64,000 bases of DNA from Chiloscyllium plagiosum (Eukaryota): NCBI RefSeq assembly GCF_004010195.1, contig NC_057752.1, positions 1,474,704 to 1,538,703 on the forward strand, written 5' to 3'. This document shows, piece after piece, positions 34,386 through 48,399 of this stretch. Position 1 is the first letter of the stretch. Each line of letters opens with the position of its first letter. A program made the translations under genes and the position numbers. Below the pieces are notes generated by a model. It was not told the DNA's origin. It saw only the letters and a list, made by a program, of their open reading frames with translations, and made no database searches.

Positions 34386-36034
34386 GCCACCCAAGATCAA
34401 ATTTAATTTGTGAGGTTAAATGCGTTATAAAAGGCAGCCCAAAAGGAATGGAAAAGGCCTGGTAAGGTAATAGGTTATTATGGTATGACCATGCTTACCA
34501 AACATGGCAATCAAACGTAGTGTTCATTCCTCACCATAAATCAGAATAGAATGTAAAATCTTGGATTCTGAGTAGCTGATAGAAGTAAATGAGACACATG
34601 TGCTCGTGTTTTATTATCAAAAGATGGAAGCGTGCAAAAGACTTTAACAGTGCTGACAACAAGCCTTATGTTTGGAAAGCTGATTTCAGGATTGTAGTAT
34701 GTTGCAAGACATTCATATTCTGTGATATGACTTTGTCGGCAGACCTCTAGTATAAAAACTCCTGGCATACGCAGGGCGATAAACAGATAAGTGTGCCATG
34801 GTTTTCGAAGTGTTTGTGTTTGCAGATACCAGTTTGATGTAAAGTCCAGTCTCAATTTTTTTTTTGCTTTTGTTGCAGTAAAGAAGCCAACTATCTAATG
34901 ACTTGCAATGTAGCAGTTGGCACGAAAGAATGATCTATCAGAGAATTTGAATTAAGAGTGTGTGTGTTTGGGATATCCAAATGAAGGAGCTTCAAGCCAG
35001 TCAGATAGCCTGGTGTGCTTTCCAGAGTGAAGTCTAGGCCTCGAGGCAACCAATAATCCAATAAAGGGACAGATGATGCCTGTAGCTAGGATTAGTAATA
35101 TGGGAGTTCTGCATGTATTCCCTGGTGGCTGAAGAAGCCTTCACTTGCACTGATTTTTAGCTTCACTGAGCTGTCAATTTATTTTCATACTGAAATTAAG
35201 GGATAGCAAATGCTGTACCTGAGGTGACTTCATCCAGCTATTAAGGTTATCCTGCAAATGTACTTACTTTGGCACTACATATGTATGTGGAACCCACAAC
35301 TTAAACCAGCAAAATTATAGATTGCTTCAGGCTACTTAATTGGGACATTTTACAGAATAATTAATGAATAACTAGAAGGAAGTTGAAAAATGGATAACAG
35401 AATTCTTTATCAGGTACTGGCAAGCTGTGCAAGCAGCATTGTGCAAAGCTACATGGAAAAATACTACTTGTTTTGTCTCCGACCCCATTTTAAAATCTAT
35501 GCCACCTGCAGCATATCAGCATGGTTGAACAGTGTGGATGGCTATTTGGCATATAATAAAATAAACCTGCTGTGAGCTGATCAGTGCCGCTTCTTGAAGG
35601 CGAACAAAATGGTCAGGTAATAAAGATGAGCACGCTGAAGTAACCAGAAAGCTTGACCAATCGCGTCAGAATTGGGATCCTTGGGGTACCATGCCCTAAT
35701 CTACAGTGGATACATTTATTGGGCAAACTTGACTTCTATAGAGTTTGCCAGGGAACAGATTTTACTCTAAATTTAAAGCAGCTCATCCTTTTCTATGTGG
35801 GGGGGAAATGCCAATGGAGGAAAAGGAAACTGCATCATAATATATTCTGTATGGAGCAACCAAGGTTAAAAGTGGGTTGAGGAAACTCTAAGATGAGCCA
35901 TCTCAGGTTTGCTTTCTTCAGAAAAGGATCGTGCAGAACAACAGGGATATTGCAAGAAAACTGAGTCCCAATAGCAGGAACTTCTTGGAAATGTATGCAA
36001 ATTTAATTTCTGATATTAAATATGACTTTAAGGG

Positions 36035-36319
36035 AATAAAACCAAGAACAGTGGATGCTGGAAATCTGAAACAAACATAAAATGCTGGAGAACCTCAGCA
36101 GGTTTGTCAGCAACTGTGGAGAGAATGCAGTTAACTTTTTGAGTCTGGTGACTCCTCTTCCGAACTGATAGTAGCTAGGACAAGGTGGGAAATATGCTGA
36201 AGTAAGAATGGAGGGGAGAGGTGTGAGCGGATAGGCAGAGATGCAACCCTGAGAGAGAGAGTGTGAGAATAACAGGCAGACAAACGGTTGGCTGATCGCA
36301 TGCCAGAGAGAAGGGCAGC
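36035..36319 (-). mobile_element. Penelope-like terminal fragment
   Basis: gatgctggaaatctgaaac, cagcagg, gtggagag; reverse complement of the family at 7200-7290. Confidence 0.65.
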
Positions 36320-36986
36320 AACAACATTGAAGATTTTAAGAAAAACATTTTGATTTTGACCAACTCCATTGCTAAGTTTGGAGAAGTTGGGACCCGGGTT
36401 CGATTTCAGCCTCGGGCGACTGTCTGTGTGGAGTTTCCACATTCTTCCCGTGTCCGCGCGGGTTTCCTCCGGGTGCTCCGGTTTCCGCCCACAGTCCAAA
36501 TATGTGCAGGTCAGGTGAATTGGCCAAGCTAAATTGCCCATAGTGTTAGGTGCATTAGTCAGAGGGAAATGGGTCTGGGTGGGTTACTCTTCGGAGGGTC
36601 AGTGTGGACTTGTTGGGCCGAAGAGCCTGTTTCCATACTGTAGGGAATCTAATCTAATCTAATCAGAAGGAAAAGCTGATAATGGGGACTTTAAGGGAGT
36701 TTGCCCTTCAATTTATAAGACAAATTAGTTCAACACGTGATGTAAGATGATGGTATCACCAAGTAGGGAAAGCTGTCTTGGAAGACTTTGTAGCTCTTAG
36801 CTCGTAACACAAACCTGATTCTTCCAATGGTGTTTGTGAATGATGGTTAGTTTCCTGGTTGTGTTCCGAGGGTTTTCAGAGTCTAAAAAGGTGACGCAGA
36901 TAACTTAAGATGATCCCAACTTCTCCAAACTTAGCAATGGAGTTGGTCAAAATCAAAATGTTTTTCTTAAAATCTTCAATGTTGTT
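36320..36986. repeat. Perfect 73-bp inverted repeat (arms 36320-36392 and 36914-36986)
   Basis: aacaacattg...gagaagttggga is the exact reverse complement of tcccaacttctc...caatgttgtt. Confidence 0.95.
36389..36664 (+). mobile_element. HE1 SINE, 5'-truncated
   Basis: Starts at gggacccgggttcgat; (ATCTA)n tail. Confidence 0.9.
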
Positions 36987-37621
36987 CACAGGCTGTGGCT
37001 GCAGCAATGACCCTGATATTAAACTCACTGACAGACGTGGTGCAGCTGTCTTCATCCACCTGTGGATCCAATGCAGTTAAGCAAGCTTCCATGGAGGAAC
37101 TCAACAGACATGCCCACAATAATTGCAAAGGTCAAGCAGCTGAAAGCAAAGGTTAGCTCCTTCTCACAAGATATTTATATGTTTCTAAGGCACGGTAAAA
37201 GATGACTCAACGACATTGTGGAGTGACTCCCCACATATGGTGAGCAGCTCTGAACTGGAAGCCGCACCAGATGGCCCAGTAACTGATATGGCAATTGTCA
37301 TCACCCAGTCAGCTTTCTAGAACGTACCTGAGAGAGATGCTAGGCATACTCCATCATCTTAAGAGTCAGGTTTGCTTGCAATGTCTATCACCACTGCAGA
37401 AGCTCTGAATCTAGAAATAAAATTGCTTGTAAGATGTTGATTTGAGGAAACGCTCAGTATTTTTAACATTCTCCTTTTGGGATGGGGGAAGAAAGGAGAG
37501 GTATAGGGGGAGGTGGGGTGAACTCCTAGGAATTAAATCTGCATTCAAAAAAAACTAGTTAATTGTCAGTGTAGTAACTGCATTATTTTATGCCAGAGGA
37601 AAGTTACATATTTTAATAAAA

Positions 37622-38300
37622 ATAAAGACTTGCATTTATGTAATGCTTTTCTCAACCATTTGATGTCCCAAAGTATTTTGCAGTCAGTGAAGTACTCACG
37701 AAGTGTAGTGACTGTTGTAATGTAGAAAACGCAGCACCCAATCTGGGCACAGCAAGCTCCCATAAACAGGAGTGGCACAGTGGCTCATTGGTTAGCACTG
37801 CAGCCTCGGGCAACTGCCTGTGTGGAGTTTGCACATTCTCCTCGTGTCTGTGTGGGTTTCTTCCGGTTGCTCTTGTTTCCTCCCACAGTCCAAAGACGTG
37901 CAGGTCAGGTGAATTGGCCATGCTAAATTGCCCATAGTATTAGGTGTATTAGTCAGAGGGAAATGGGTCTGGGTGGGTTACTCGTCGGAGGGTCGGTGTG
38001 GACTTGTTGGGCCAAAAGGCCTGTTTCCACACTGTAGCTAATCTAAGCAGCACAACAGTAACCCAGGTAATCTATTTTTGTCGTGGTGCTTGGGAGAGAA
38101 ATTTTGGCCAGAACATCAAAGAGAAAAATCCCTGTTCTACATCAAAATAATGCCTTAGTTGAATGTCTCATCTCATTTGAAATACCGCACTCCTGTGGGT
38201 TTTTCACTTTGAGTTTTGTGTTCAATTCCTGGACCAGGTCCCAAACCTTGTGAATCAGAACCAAGAACGTGACCAACTGAGCCACAACTGACACTGTGTT
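37622..38300 (-). mobile_element. DeuSINE interrupted by a plus-strand HE1 SINE (37770-38046)
   Basis: aaagacttgcatttat, gaagtgtagtgactgttgtaatgtag, cacagcaagctcccataaacag, resuming cagcacaacagtaacccaggtaatc after the SINE. Confidence 0.75.
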
Positions 38301-38689
38301 GTAGATATGAGGAGAGAGCTGAACTTTTCAGAAACTGGATATTTTTGCAACTCCACTGATAGACTGGTTTTACCAATTGAGCTATGTCTTAGTTACCAAG
38401 AAGTTGTCTTGGATTCAATTTGCCATCTGCATTGGGATGAGTCAACATTGTTAAGAGTAGGGCCACTATGGTTGGCCTCTGCTGGAGAAGGGAATGTTAG
38501 TCTGAATACCTCTTTCTGCTGCCTCAGTAAATGATGCGAGTAGATATGCATACGGAGATTGAGAATGATCTGAAGTATAGTTGATTAGAAGGCATCAAAG
38601 AGACCTGGAAGCAGACTCCAACAGAAGTGTATATTTGCAGGAAAGGAGTATGATCCGGAATTCACAAATGTATAGGGATGTATCACTTA

Positions 38690-39140
38690 GACCATATCGG
38701 AACAGAAGTAGGCCATTCAGTCCATCGAGTCTGCTCTGCCATTTCGTGGGAACATGGCTGATCTGATCATCCTCAACTCCACTTTCCTTCCTTTTCCCCA
38801 TAACCCTTAAATCCCGTACTGATTTAAAATCTGTCTATCCTAGCCTTGAATACCTTAATGACCCAGCCTCTACAGCCCTCTGTGGTAAAGAATTCCACAG
38901 ATTCACTCCCCTCTGAGAGAAGAAATTCCTCCTCATCTCTGTCCCCTTATATGTGTCCCCTTATTTTGGGATGATGCCCTCTGGTTCTAGACTCTCCCAC
39001 AAGGGGAAACAACTTCTCCCCATCTCCCCTGTCAAGCTCCCTCAGAATCTTATGACTTTAAATGAGGTTTTCTCTCATTCTTCTAAGCTCCAGTGAGTAC
39101 AACCTCTCCTCGTAAAAAAGTCCATCCATACCTGGTCTAA
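38690..39140 (-). mobile_element. CR1 3' end
   Basis: gaagtaggccattcagtccatcgagtctgc tail; aattccacagattcac; ctagactctcccacaagggg. Confidence 0.85.
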
Positions 39141-39729
39141 GATTCTTGTTTAGATTCTTTACCTCCACAACCCAACACCTCCCTCTGCCTCCTACTTCTC
39201 CATGAAGATGGTACCTACTGCTGGATTACAACTCCATCACTGGGGAGCATCAGCAGCCCTCTTGTACATTACTCAAGTGGTCATTCTTCACATATGATTC
39301 ACTGACTCAATGATTCAATTCAACCCTGGGAACCTGAGCATTGAGCCTGATATGGTCCTCACCTTGCCCCTTCACATACATTATCCAGGATGCGTCCCAC
39401 AAAAAAATGGTGTTCAATAGCAGGGAAAATAGCTGAGCAGCAGTTGCCAAATAGCCCACACAACCTCCAAACAGCTGACCCCTCCAGAACTGCTTTAATG
39501 TTAAAGCTGCTTCACATGTTCAAGTTTGAGTTCCTTGCGTAGAAAACTGTGCAGTTGTCCTGTGTTGGTTAGTTTTGTGAACGACAAACCCTTATTTTAG
39601 ATCAGTCATATGTTTCTTTGGACCAGGCTGTAATTTTTACCAAAAGCTGATTTTGTAAGGTTCAAGAAATTATTGTTTGATTTGCAACCAAATAAGTAAG
39701 AAAATGGAGTGTTATCTTCACCAGAAGTT

Positions 39730-40925
39730 CTGAAGTGGGGATGTTCATTGATGGTTGCATAGTCTTCGTTCTATCCCCAGAAGCAGTCTGAGCCTGCAAG
39801 TAGCAAGACTGAGGCAACATTCAAGCTTGGGCTGATAAAAGGCACCTAACAGTTGTGCTAGGAAAGTGCCAGATAGTGACTACTTCCAACAGGAGTGTCT
39901 ATGTTTCAATGGGATAACCATCGTTGAATTCCCACCATTGACATGTTAATATTACCGTGGACCAGGTACGTAATCAAACGAGCGACATGAATATTGTGAC
40001 TACAAAAGCAGCTCAGAGCCTGGGTATTGTGCAGCAAGTAATTAATTTCCTGACTCTCCAAAGCATGTCTGCCATCTACAAAACACAAATCATGAATGTG
40101 AAGGAAAACTCCCCACTTGTCGAGATGAGTGCAGCTTTAATAACACTCAAGCTGGGTACCATTTAAGGATAAAGTGGCCTGCTTCAGTGGCAAGCCATGT
40201 ATTCATTTCCTCCATCGCTAGTGCATAGCGGCTGCAGTGTATGTCATCTATAAGATGCACCATAGACATTGTTAAGACCAGCATCTTCCAAACGCTCAAC
40301 CACGACGTTCTAGGAGGACAAGGGCAGCAGATACGTGGTGGTGGTATGTGGCTCAGTGGTTAGCACTGTTGCCTCACAGCGCTAGGGACCTGAGTTTGAT
40401 TTCACCCTTGCATCACTGTCTGTGGAATTTGTGCATTCTCCCTGTGTCTGCATGGGTTTCCTCTGGGCACTCCAGTTGCCTCCCACAATCCAAAGGTTAG
40501 GTGGATTGGCCATGCTAAATTGCACATAGTGTCCAGGGATATACAAAAGTTAAGTGGATTAGCCATGGGAAATGCAGGGTTACAGGGATAGGATAAGGAT
40601 CTGGGTCTGGGTGGGATGCTTTTCGGAGGGTCAGTGTGGACTTGATGGGCTGAATGGCCTGCTTCCACACTGTTGGGCTCTCTATGATTCTGTGATCACC
40701 CCTTGAAAGTTCCCCTCCAAGCCACACACCATCCTGACTTGGAAATATATCACTGCTTCACTATTGCCAGGTTAAAATCCTGGAGCACCCTCCTAAATGG
40801 CACTGTGGGTTGCTCTGCAGCAGTTCAAGATGGCAGCTTGCCACCACCTTTTCAACAGCAATGAGGGATGGGCAATGAATGCTGGCCCAGCCAGTGACGC
40901 CCATATCCCATGAATGAATTTCAAA
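39730..40925 (+). mobile_element. CR1-Zenon-like LINE 3' part, with an HE1 SINE at 40336-40692
   Basis: LTLQSMSAIYKTQI; tail gggcaatgaatgctggcccagccagtgacgccc. Confidence 0.8.
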
Positions 40926-40964
40926 AGACAACTCACCAAGGCTTACTTAACAAAACCTTTGAAA

Positions 40965-42140
40965 CAGAGCATAGAACAGTACAGCACAGTACAGGCCTTT
41001 TGCCCTTGACGTTGTGCTGACCTTTTATCCTACACCAAGATCAGATTAACCTACATACTCTTCATTTTACTATCATTCATGTGCCTACAAGAGTCGCTTA
41101 AATGTCCCAAATGGATCTGACTCTTCTACCACTGCTGGCAGTGCATTCCATGCACCTACCACTCTCTGTGTAAAGAACGTACCTCTGATATCTCCCCTAA
41201 ACCTTCCTCCAATCACCTTAAAATTATGCCCCATCGTGATAGACATTTCTGCCCTGGGAAAAATTCTCTGGTTATGTCCTCTATCTCTGCCTCTTGACAT
41301 CTTGTACACCTCTATCAAGTCACCTCTCGTCCTTCTTCGATCCAATGAGAAAAGCCCTAGCTCCCTTGTCCTCTCTTCATAAGATAGGCCCTCCAGTCCA
41401 GGCAGCATCCTGGTAAATCTTCTCTGCACCCTCTCTAAAGCTTCCACATCCTTCGTATTATGAGGCGCCCAGAACTGAACACAATATTCCAAATGTGGTT
41501 TAACCAGGGCTCTATCAAGCTGCAGCATAACCTCGCGGCTGTTAAACTCAATCCTCCTGTTCATGAAAGCCAACATACCATACGCCTTCTTAACAATCCT
41601 ATCAACTTGGGTGGCAGCTTTGAGGGATCTATGGACATGGAGCCCAAGATCCCTCTGTTCCTCCACACTGCCAAGAATCCTGTCTTTAACCCTGTATTCT
41701 GCATTCAAATTTGACGTTCCAAAGTGAATGACTTCACACTTTTCCAGGGTGAACTCCATCTGCCACTTATCAGCCCAGTTCTGCATCCTGTCAATGTCCT
41801 GTTGCAACCTACAACAGCTCTCCACACTATCCACAACGCCAACAACCTTCATGTCATTGATAAACTTACTAACCCACCCTTCCACTTTCTCATCCAAGTC
41901 ATTTATAAAAATTACAAAGAGCAGGCTGAATAGTTTCCATCTACCACCACCCTCTGTCTTCTATGGGCCAGCCAATTCTGTATCCAGACAGTCAGATTTC
42001 CCTGGATCCCATGCCTCCTTACTTTCTGAATGAGCCTACCATGGGGAACCTTATCAAACGCCTTACTAAAATCCATGTACACCACATCAGCCGCTCTACC
42101 TTCATCAATGTGTTTTGTCACATCCTCAAATTCAATAAGG
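40965..42140 (-). mobile_element. CR1 LINE, 5'-truncated RT and C-terminus
   Basis: ORFs 41912..42121 (YMDFSKAFDKVPH) and 41085..41897 (270 aa; WADKWQMEF, LVKPHLEYCVQFW). Confidence 0.95.
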
Positions 42141-42154
42141 GGTTTGTGAAATGA

Positions 42155-42440
42155 TCAACCTCTACTGGCTAGAAGGATAAGGGCAATAGATGTGTGGGAA
42201 CACTCCAGTTGCAAGTTTATTTCCAAATCATATACCATCCTGGCTTGCAGATTTATCATCATTCCTTGTTTGCTACTGGGACAAAATCTTGGAGTTCCAT
42301 GCTTAACACGATTGTAGGTGGACCCACATTGCATTGACAAAGTAGTTCAAGAAGGTAGCTCACCAACGCCTCTTGGACAGTTAGGGATGGGCAATAAATG
42401 CTGTCCTTGCGATCAATGCCCACATTCCAGAAATAAACTC
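42155..42440 (+). mobile_element. CR1-Zenon-like 3' end
   Basis: ttagggatgggcaataaatgctg tail. Confidence 0.7.
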
Positions 42441-42715
42441 ATGTAAAATAAAAGAATTTAAAGGCTTGTAAATCCCAAATTTAATGTGTCTTGCAAAGAA
42501 CTATGGTGGTGGTTTCTGACTTATGAATTTCCTACGATGCAAGGGGCAGGCAATGGTATTGGCACTAGACTAGTAATCCAGAGACCCAGATCATGTTCTC
42601 AGTAGCAGGGTTCAAATCCTGCTACAGCGGCTGGTGGAATGTTAATTTAATAAAAATCTGGAATTAAAATGTTGAATGGTGACTATAGAACCATTGTCCA
42701 TGTCTTAAAGACCCA

Positions 42716-43175
42716 CAGAGTCATTGAGATGTACAGCACGGAAATAGACCCTTCAGGCCAACTCGTCTAAGCTGACCAGGCATCCTAACCTAATCTAGTC
42801 CCGTTTGCCAGCACTTGGTCCATATCCCTCTAAACCCTTCCTATGCATATACCCATCAGATGCCTTTTAAAAGTTATAATTGTACCAGCCTCCACCACTT
42901 CCTCTAGCAGCTCATTTCATACACGCCCCACCTTCTGCATGCAAAAGTTGCCCCTTAGGTCCCTTTTAAAGCTTTCTCCTCCCACCTTAAACCGATGCCC
43001 TCTAGTTCTGGACTTCCCCACCCCAGGGAAAAGACCTTGTCTACTTTTCCTATCCTTGCTCCTCATGATTTTATAAACCTCTATAAGGTCACCTCTCAGC
43101 CTTCAACACTCCAGGGAAAACAGCCCCAGCCTATCCAGCCTCTCCCTATAGCTCAAATCCTCCAACCCTGGCAAA
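42716..43175 (-). mobile_element. CR1 3' end nested in the Zenon-like LINE
   Basis: Reverse complement of the CR1 3' end at 7620-8068. Confidence 0.9.
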
Positions 43176-43625
43176 TATTCTTTTAAATCTGGTTCACTCA
43201 TGCCCTTAATGATGATGGTTTTCCTTCTCCATGGTCTAGTCTATGTGTGACTTCAGACTGCCTCTGAAATGGCCTTTCAGGTTTATCAACTGCTAGAAAC
43301 CAAATGGACTACCTGGCATTGACTACGGTATCCGAAAGCACAATGGAAGACACAGCACTGTTGAACCTACAGAGTCCTCTTTGCCAACATCTGGCAGCCA
43401 GTGCTCTAGATGGGAGAGCTGTATCACAGATTATTCAAGCTACATCTTGACCTAGTCATACTTACCTTAAACACAATATCCCAGATAACACCATTACCAT
43501 CCCTGTCCCACCTGCAGGACAGACCCAGCAATGGTGAGGCTCAGTAGCGTACAGATGGAAGGGAGTTGTGCGAAGAGACTTCAACATCATCTGTGGACCC
43601 CATGACATCTAATGGCATCAGGCGA

Positions 43626-43826
43626 AAGTGAGGATTGCAGATGCTGGAGATTAGAGTCAAGATTGTGATGCTGGAAAAACACAGCAGGTCAGACAGCATC
43701 CAAAGGGCAGGAGAATCGATGTTTCGGGCAAAAACCCTTCATCAGGAAGGGCCTTCACCTGAAACGTCGATTCTCCTGCCCCTCGGAAGCTGCTTGACCT
43801 GCTGTGCTTTTCCAGCCCCACACTCA
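43626..43826. mobile_element. Fold-back Penelope-like terminal fragment
   Basis: Inverted arms around 43745; imperfect flanking duplication acatctaatggcatcagg and acatctcatgcaatcagg. Confidence 0.8.
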
Positions 43827-45767
43827 CATCTCATGCAATCAGGTCAAACATGGGCAAGGAAACCTCTTGCTGATTTCCATGGACCACTCTCCTCGGCTGA
43901 TGAAGCCATGCTCTTCCGTGATGAACAGTATTTTGTGGCAAGGACATGGGATGTATTCCGAGTAGGGGGCTTCAGTGTCCATCACCAAAGGTGGCTTGGC
44001 TGCACCACTATTGACTGAGATGGTTAGGTCCTAAAGGAGAGAGCTGCTAGTCTGTGTCTGTGGTAGGTGGTGAGGGAATCAACGAGGGAAGAAAAATATA
44101 GTTGACTTTATGCTCAACAGTCTGTCTGCTGCAAATGAATCTTTCCAAGGCAGCACCAGTAAGAGTGCCCACTGCACTGCCCTTGTAGAGAATTCCACAT
44201 TGAGAATACCCTCCATTACGTTGTGTGGTAGGACAAATCTAACATTAATCATTCCTGCCTCATCAGTCTGTTCTCGATCATCAGTAAAATGATGGAAGTA
44301 TCATCAAACATACTGTCAAGCAGCAAATGCTGAGCAATAATCTACTCACCAATGCTCAATGTGGAGTTCCACTAGGGTCACTCAGCTCCTGATCCCATTA
44401 CACCCTTGGCTCAAACATGGACAAAAGAGCTGAATTCCAGAGGTGACGAGACAGTAACAGGCCTTGACATCAAGGCTGCATTTGACCGAGTGTGACATCA
44501 AGAAGCCTGAGCAAAACTGGAATCAGTGGGAACTGGGCGTGGGGAAGGGGGGAGTTCCATGTTGGATGGAGTCAATATCTGGCATAAAGGGAGATAGTTG
44601 TGGTTGTTAGTGGTCAGTCATTTCTTCTCCAGGACATCTTTGCAGGAGTTCCTCAGGGTAGTGTCTTAGACTCCATCATCATCTTCATCTATTTCATAAA
44701 TGACCTTGCCTCTATCATAAGGTCAGAAGTGAAGACGTTCATCAGTGATTGATCGAACAATGTTCAGCACCAGTCACGACTCCTCAGATACTGAAGCAGT
44801 CCATGTTCAAACGCAGCAAGCTCTGGACAATATCTAGGCTTGGGCTGACAGTGACAAGTAACATGAATGCCACACAAGTGTCAGATGATGGACGTCTCAA
44901 ACAAGGGAGAATTTAACCATTATCCCTTGGCATTCAGTGGCATCACCATCACTGAATTCCCTGCGATCAACATCCTTGGGAATACCTTTGACCAGAAACG
45001 GAACATTGGCTACAAGAACAGATGAGAGACTAGGAATCCTGCAGTGGGTAACCCACCTCCTGACTCCCCAGACTCTGTCCACCATCTACAAGGCGCAAGT
45101 CAGGAATGTGATGGAATACTCCCCACTTGCCTGGATGAGTGCAGTTCCAACAACACTCGAGAAGCTTGACACCATCCAGAACAAAGCAGCCTGTTTGATT
45201 GGCCCCACATCCACAAGCATCTATTCCCCCCACCATTGTTGCTCAGTAGCAGCAGTGTGTACTGTTTACAGGATGCACTGCAGAAATTCACCAAACCTCT
45301 TTTAGACAACATCTTCCAAACCCACAAACTACCATCCAGAAGGACAAGCACAAGAGCAACAGATACTCTACCACCTGAAGTTCCTCTTCCAAGCGACTTA
45401 CCATTCAGATTTGGAAAAATATCATGATTCCTTTCGTGTCACTGGGTCAAAATCCAGGAATTTCCTCCCTAATGCCATTGTGTGTCCACCTAAACCAAAT
45501 GGGCTGCAGCGGTTGAAGATAACAGTTCACTGTCAACTTATCAAAGGCAGCTAGAAATGGGCAATCAATGCTGACCTAGCCAGCCTTGCCCACGTCCCAT
45601 GAATGAATAAAGAAAAAAAGGTCCCAAGTCGTACTAGTGATGCGACAGCAGATGGAGCAATGAATAGTTGAGTGTATCGCACATTGCTACCATTTTTTCT
45701 GGGCCCTGGGCTTTATCCAGGTTATATTAAATTCCCCAACTACTTTCTAAATATCTCTATCAGGTTC

Positions 45768-45985
45768 CATTTTTTTTCTCCAAAAATAATATACTTTAGT
45801 CCTAAATGTATGAACATATGTTACAGTTCAAAGGCATCGTTACATAAAGTGTAAAACATATCAGTTTCTTTCCATACATTGTGGCACTCTGAGGTATCTC
45901 ACAACTTACAAATACTAGTTCTATTTGCAATATTCATTTCATGTCAGACATACGGCCCTAGGGGTTTTACAGTTTCCAGCCCTGA
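45768..45985 (-). mobile_element. Possible L1/Tx1-type 3' end
   Basis: Reverse complement reads gggctggaaactgtaaaacccc...taaagtatattatttttggagaaaaaaaa; recognition only. Confidence 0.35.
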
Positions 45986-47472
45986 TCATGTTCCAATTCA
46001 TAGCATATACAATGCTGCCACATGGAACAATCAAATGCTCACAAAGTTATTACAGCATTGGTTTAACTGCTGCACCTAACACTTCGACTGACCATTAGCT
46101 TTAAATTCACCTTTTCTGGTCCTGTATCTTCCCACATTCCTCGGCACCTTTTGGAAGATTGACCTTAATAGTTGATGTTATGATTTCTATCCAGAGTACC
46201 TGATCCCCTCAGATTTATATGATTTTAAGGAATTATAAACAAAAGATGGATTATGTGCCTTGTGCAGTCTTCATTATTTAAATGATAATGAATCTTCCAC
46301 ACCACATGATCTTCCCCAATTGTCCCTGCAGGCCCTAAGAGGTATGGTTATGCCAGGGGTGGGGTGCGGGATTATTGTTTTGTGGATAGTTTTATTTTAT
46401 ATTTGTGGCAGATTGAATTGGTGCAGCAGCCCTAATCCCAGGTTTTATAAGGTTTTATAAGAAACAGGCATAGGAGATCATGGTGGCACTCCAGTTTGCG
46501 GAGTCATGCTTTAAGCACATGATTTCCCTATGTGAGTGTCTACAGTGAGTGGACGCGAAATAAGTGAAGATGACCCCTGCCAGTCATATAATCTATCTTT
46601 GTAATGATAAAAGGCAATTCATTGTAGAGCATGAGTCTAAATTACAGTAATGCTTCAGTTACTTTTTCAGTAACTGAGCACGATTGCTATAATTCATTTA
46701 TAATTGATGGAATAATGGATGAACACAAGATTTCAACTCACAGCGCAGATGAGATCATGAGAACTTTTGCCAACTTTTTTTTTGCTTTTTACTTCTCTGT
46801 ACTAAAGGCAATGGCCTGTACTTGGGTGTGATTTAACAGTCCGTAGCATGTAGCCTTTCTTCACATGAGTACATGTAGAAAGATACTGAAATGTGAAAGA
46901 TGCTGCACCTGAGTCCAATCCTATTCTAGCTCAATCTGCTCACATGCAAACTTTCCAACAATGGGGACTGAATAACCTGGTTACTGTTTGGATTACCTCA
47001 CCTCAGAGCATAGAGGCTTATTGTAGCACCCTGACTGCTGTTTTCCCAGAAATCCCAGACGCGGCACAAATTGTCGGTGGAGTTGGAATTTTCTTTGCTA
47101 AGTGGAGAAGCTCTCTCTCTGTTATGCTAGAAAGTTGCCTTAACCCCCTTGGTAATGCCAAACTGGGCAGGACTAGATAATCCCATGAAAATCCATCTTT
47201 CAGGTAGTCAGTGAGCAGAACTGATAGCTGTTGTAGAGAAGTTCATGATGAAACTTACCTCCCTTTCAAATGGGAGGGTAATGTGAGCCTAAAAAGGATT
47301 TTACTTTCAGAATTACTTATTTGTATCCAAAAAAATCAGCAGTGCAAGCACCATAGCAACGTTTATAGACTCGAAGGGTTATCGAGACAATGACGCATCT
47401 TACACTTAGCATTCAGTGTACCTGTTTTCATTCAGGGAGGCAATGGTGTAGTGGCAATGTCACTGGGCTAGG

Positions 47473-48180
47473 CACCTTGGAGTGCAGGTTCATAGCTCCT
47501 TGAAAGTGGAGTTGCAGGTAGATAGGATAGTGAAGAAGGCATTTAGTGTACTTTCCTTTATTGGTCAGTGTATTGAGTACAGGATTTGGGAGGTCATGTT
47601 GCGGCTGTACAGGACATTGGTTAGGCCACTGTTGGAATATTGCATGCAATTCTGGTCTCCTTCCTATCGGAAAGATGTTGTGAAACTTGAAAGGGTTTAG
47701 AAAAGATTCACGAGGATGTTGCCAGGGTTGGAGGATTTGAGCTATAGGGAGAGGCTGAAAAGGCTGGGGCTGTTTTCCCTGGAGCGTCAGAGGCTGAGGG
47801 GTGACCTTATAGACGTTTACAAAATCATGAGGGGCATGGATAGGGTTAATAGACAAGGTCTTTTCCCTGGGGTGGGGGAGTCCAGAACTAGAGGGCATAG
47901 GTTTAGGGTGAGAGGGGAAAGATGTAAAAGATACCTAAGGAGCAAGTTTTTCATGCAGAGGGTGGTATGTGTCTGGAATGAGCTGCCAGAGAATGTGGTG
48001 GAGGCTGGTACAATGGCAACATTTAAAAGGCATTTGGATGGGTATATGAATAGGAAGGGTTTGGAGCGCTATGGGGCGGGTGCTGGCAGATTGGGTTGGG
48101 ATATCTGGTCGGCATGGACGAGTTGGATCGAAGGGTCTGTTTCCATGCTGAACATCTTTATGACTCTGTGACTGTATGAC
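47473..48180 (+). mobile_element. CR1 3' part inserted in a Zenon-like tRNA head (47438-47472 and 48181-48390)
   Basis: ORFs 47482..47700 and 47716..48171 (CR1 C-terminus); head resumes with ggttcaactcccatcatggcatctggtg. Confidence 0.9.
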
Positions 48181-48399
48181 CTGCAGGCCAAGGCTAAAGG
48201 TATGGGTTCAACTCCCATCATGGCATCTGGTGCAATTCAATTAATACATGTGGAATGTGAAGTTATTTGTGATCACAGCAATTAAAATGCATTTTGTTCA
48301 CTAATATGTTAATGTTTTATCAGAGGAAATATGCTGTCTTTACCCCTGTCTATCTTAGATGCAACAGCAATGTTGCTGGCTCTTGAAAGGCCTTTTTTA

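Larger units (their letters stand above)
42550..45620 (+). mobile_element. CR1-Zenon-like LINE, second end-to-end copy with tRNA-like head
   Basis: Head ggttcaaatcc at ~42610; APE remnants from ~43370; gccttgacatcaaggctgcatttgac; YKAQVRNVMEYSPLAW; tail at 45555-45620. Confidence 0.85.

Noticed and set aside
41085..41897. 270-aa ORF as a domesticated RT gene
   Set aside because: Ordinary 5'-truncated CR1 with the catalytic FADD mutated (FIND) and an upstream deletion.
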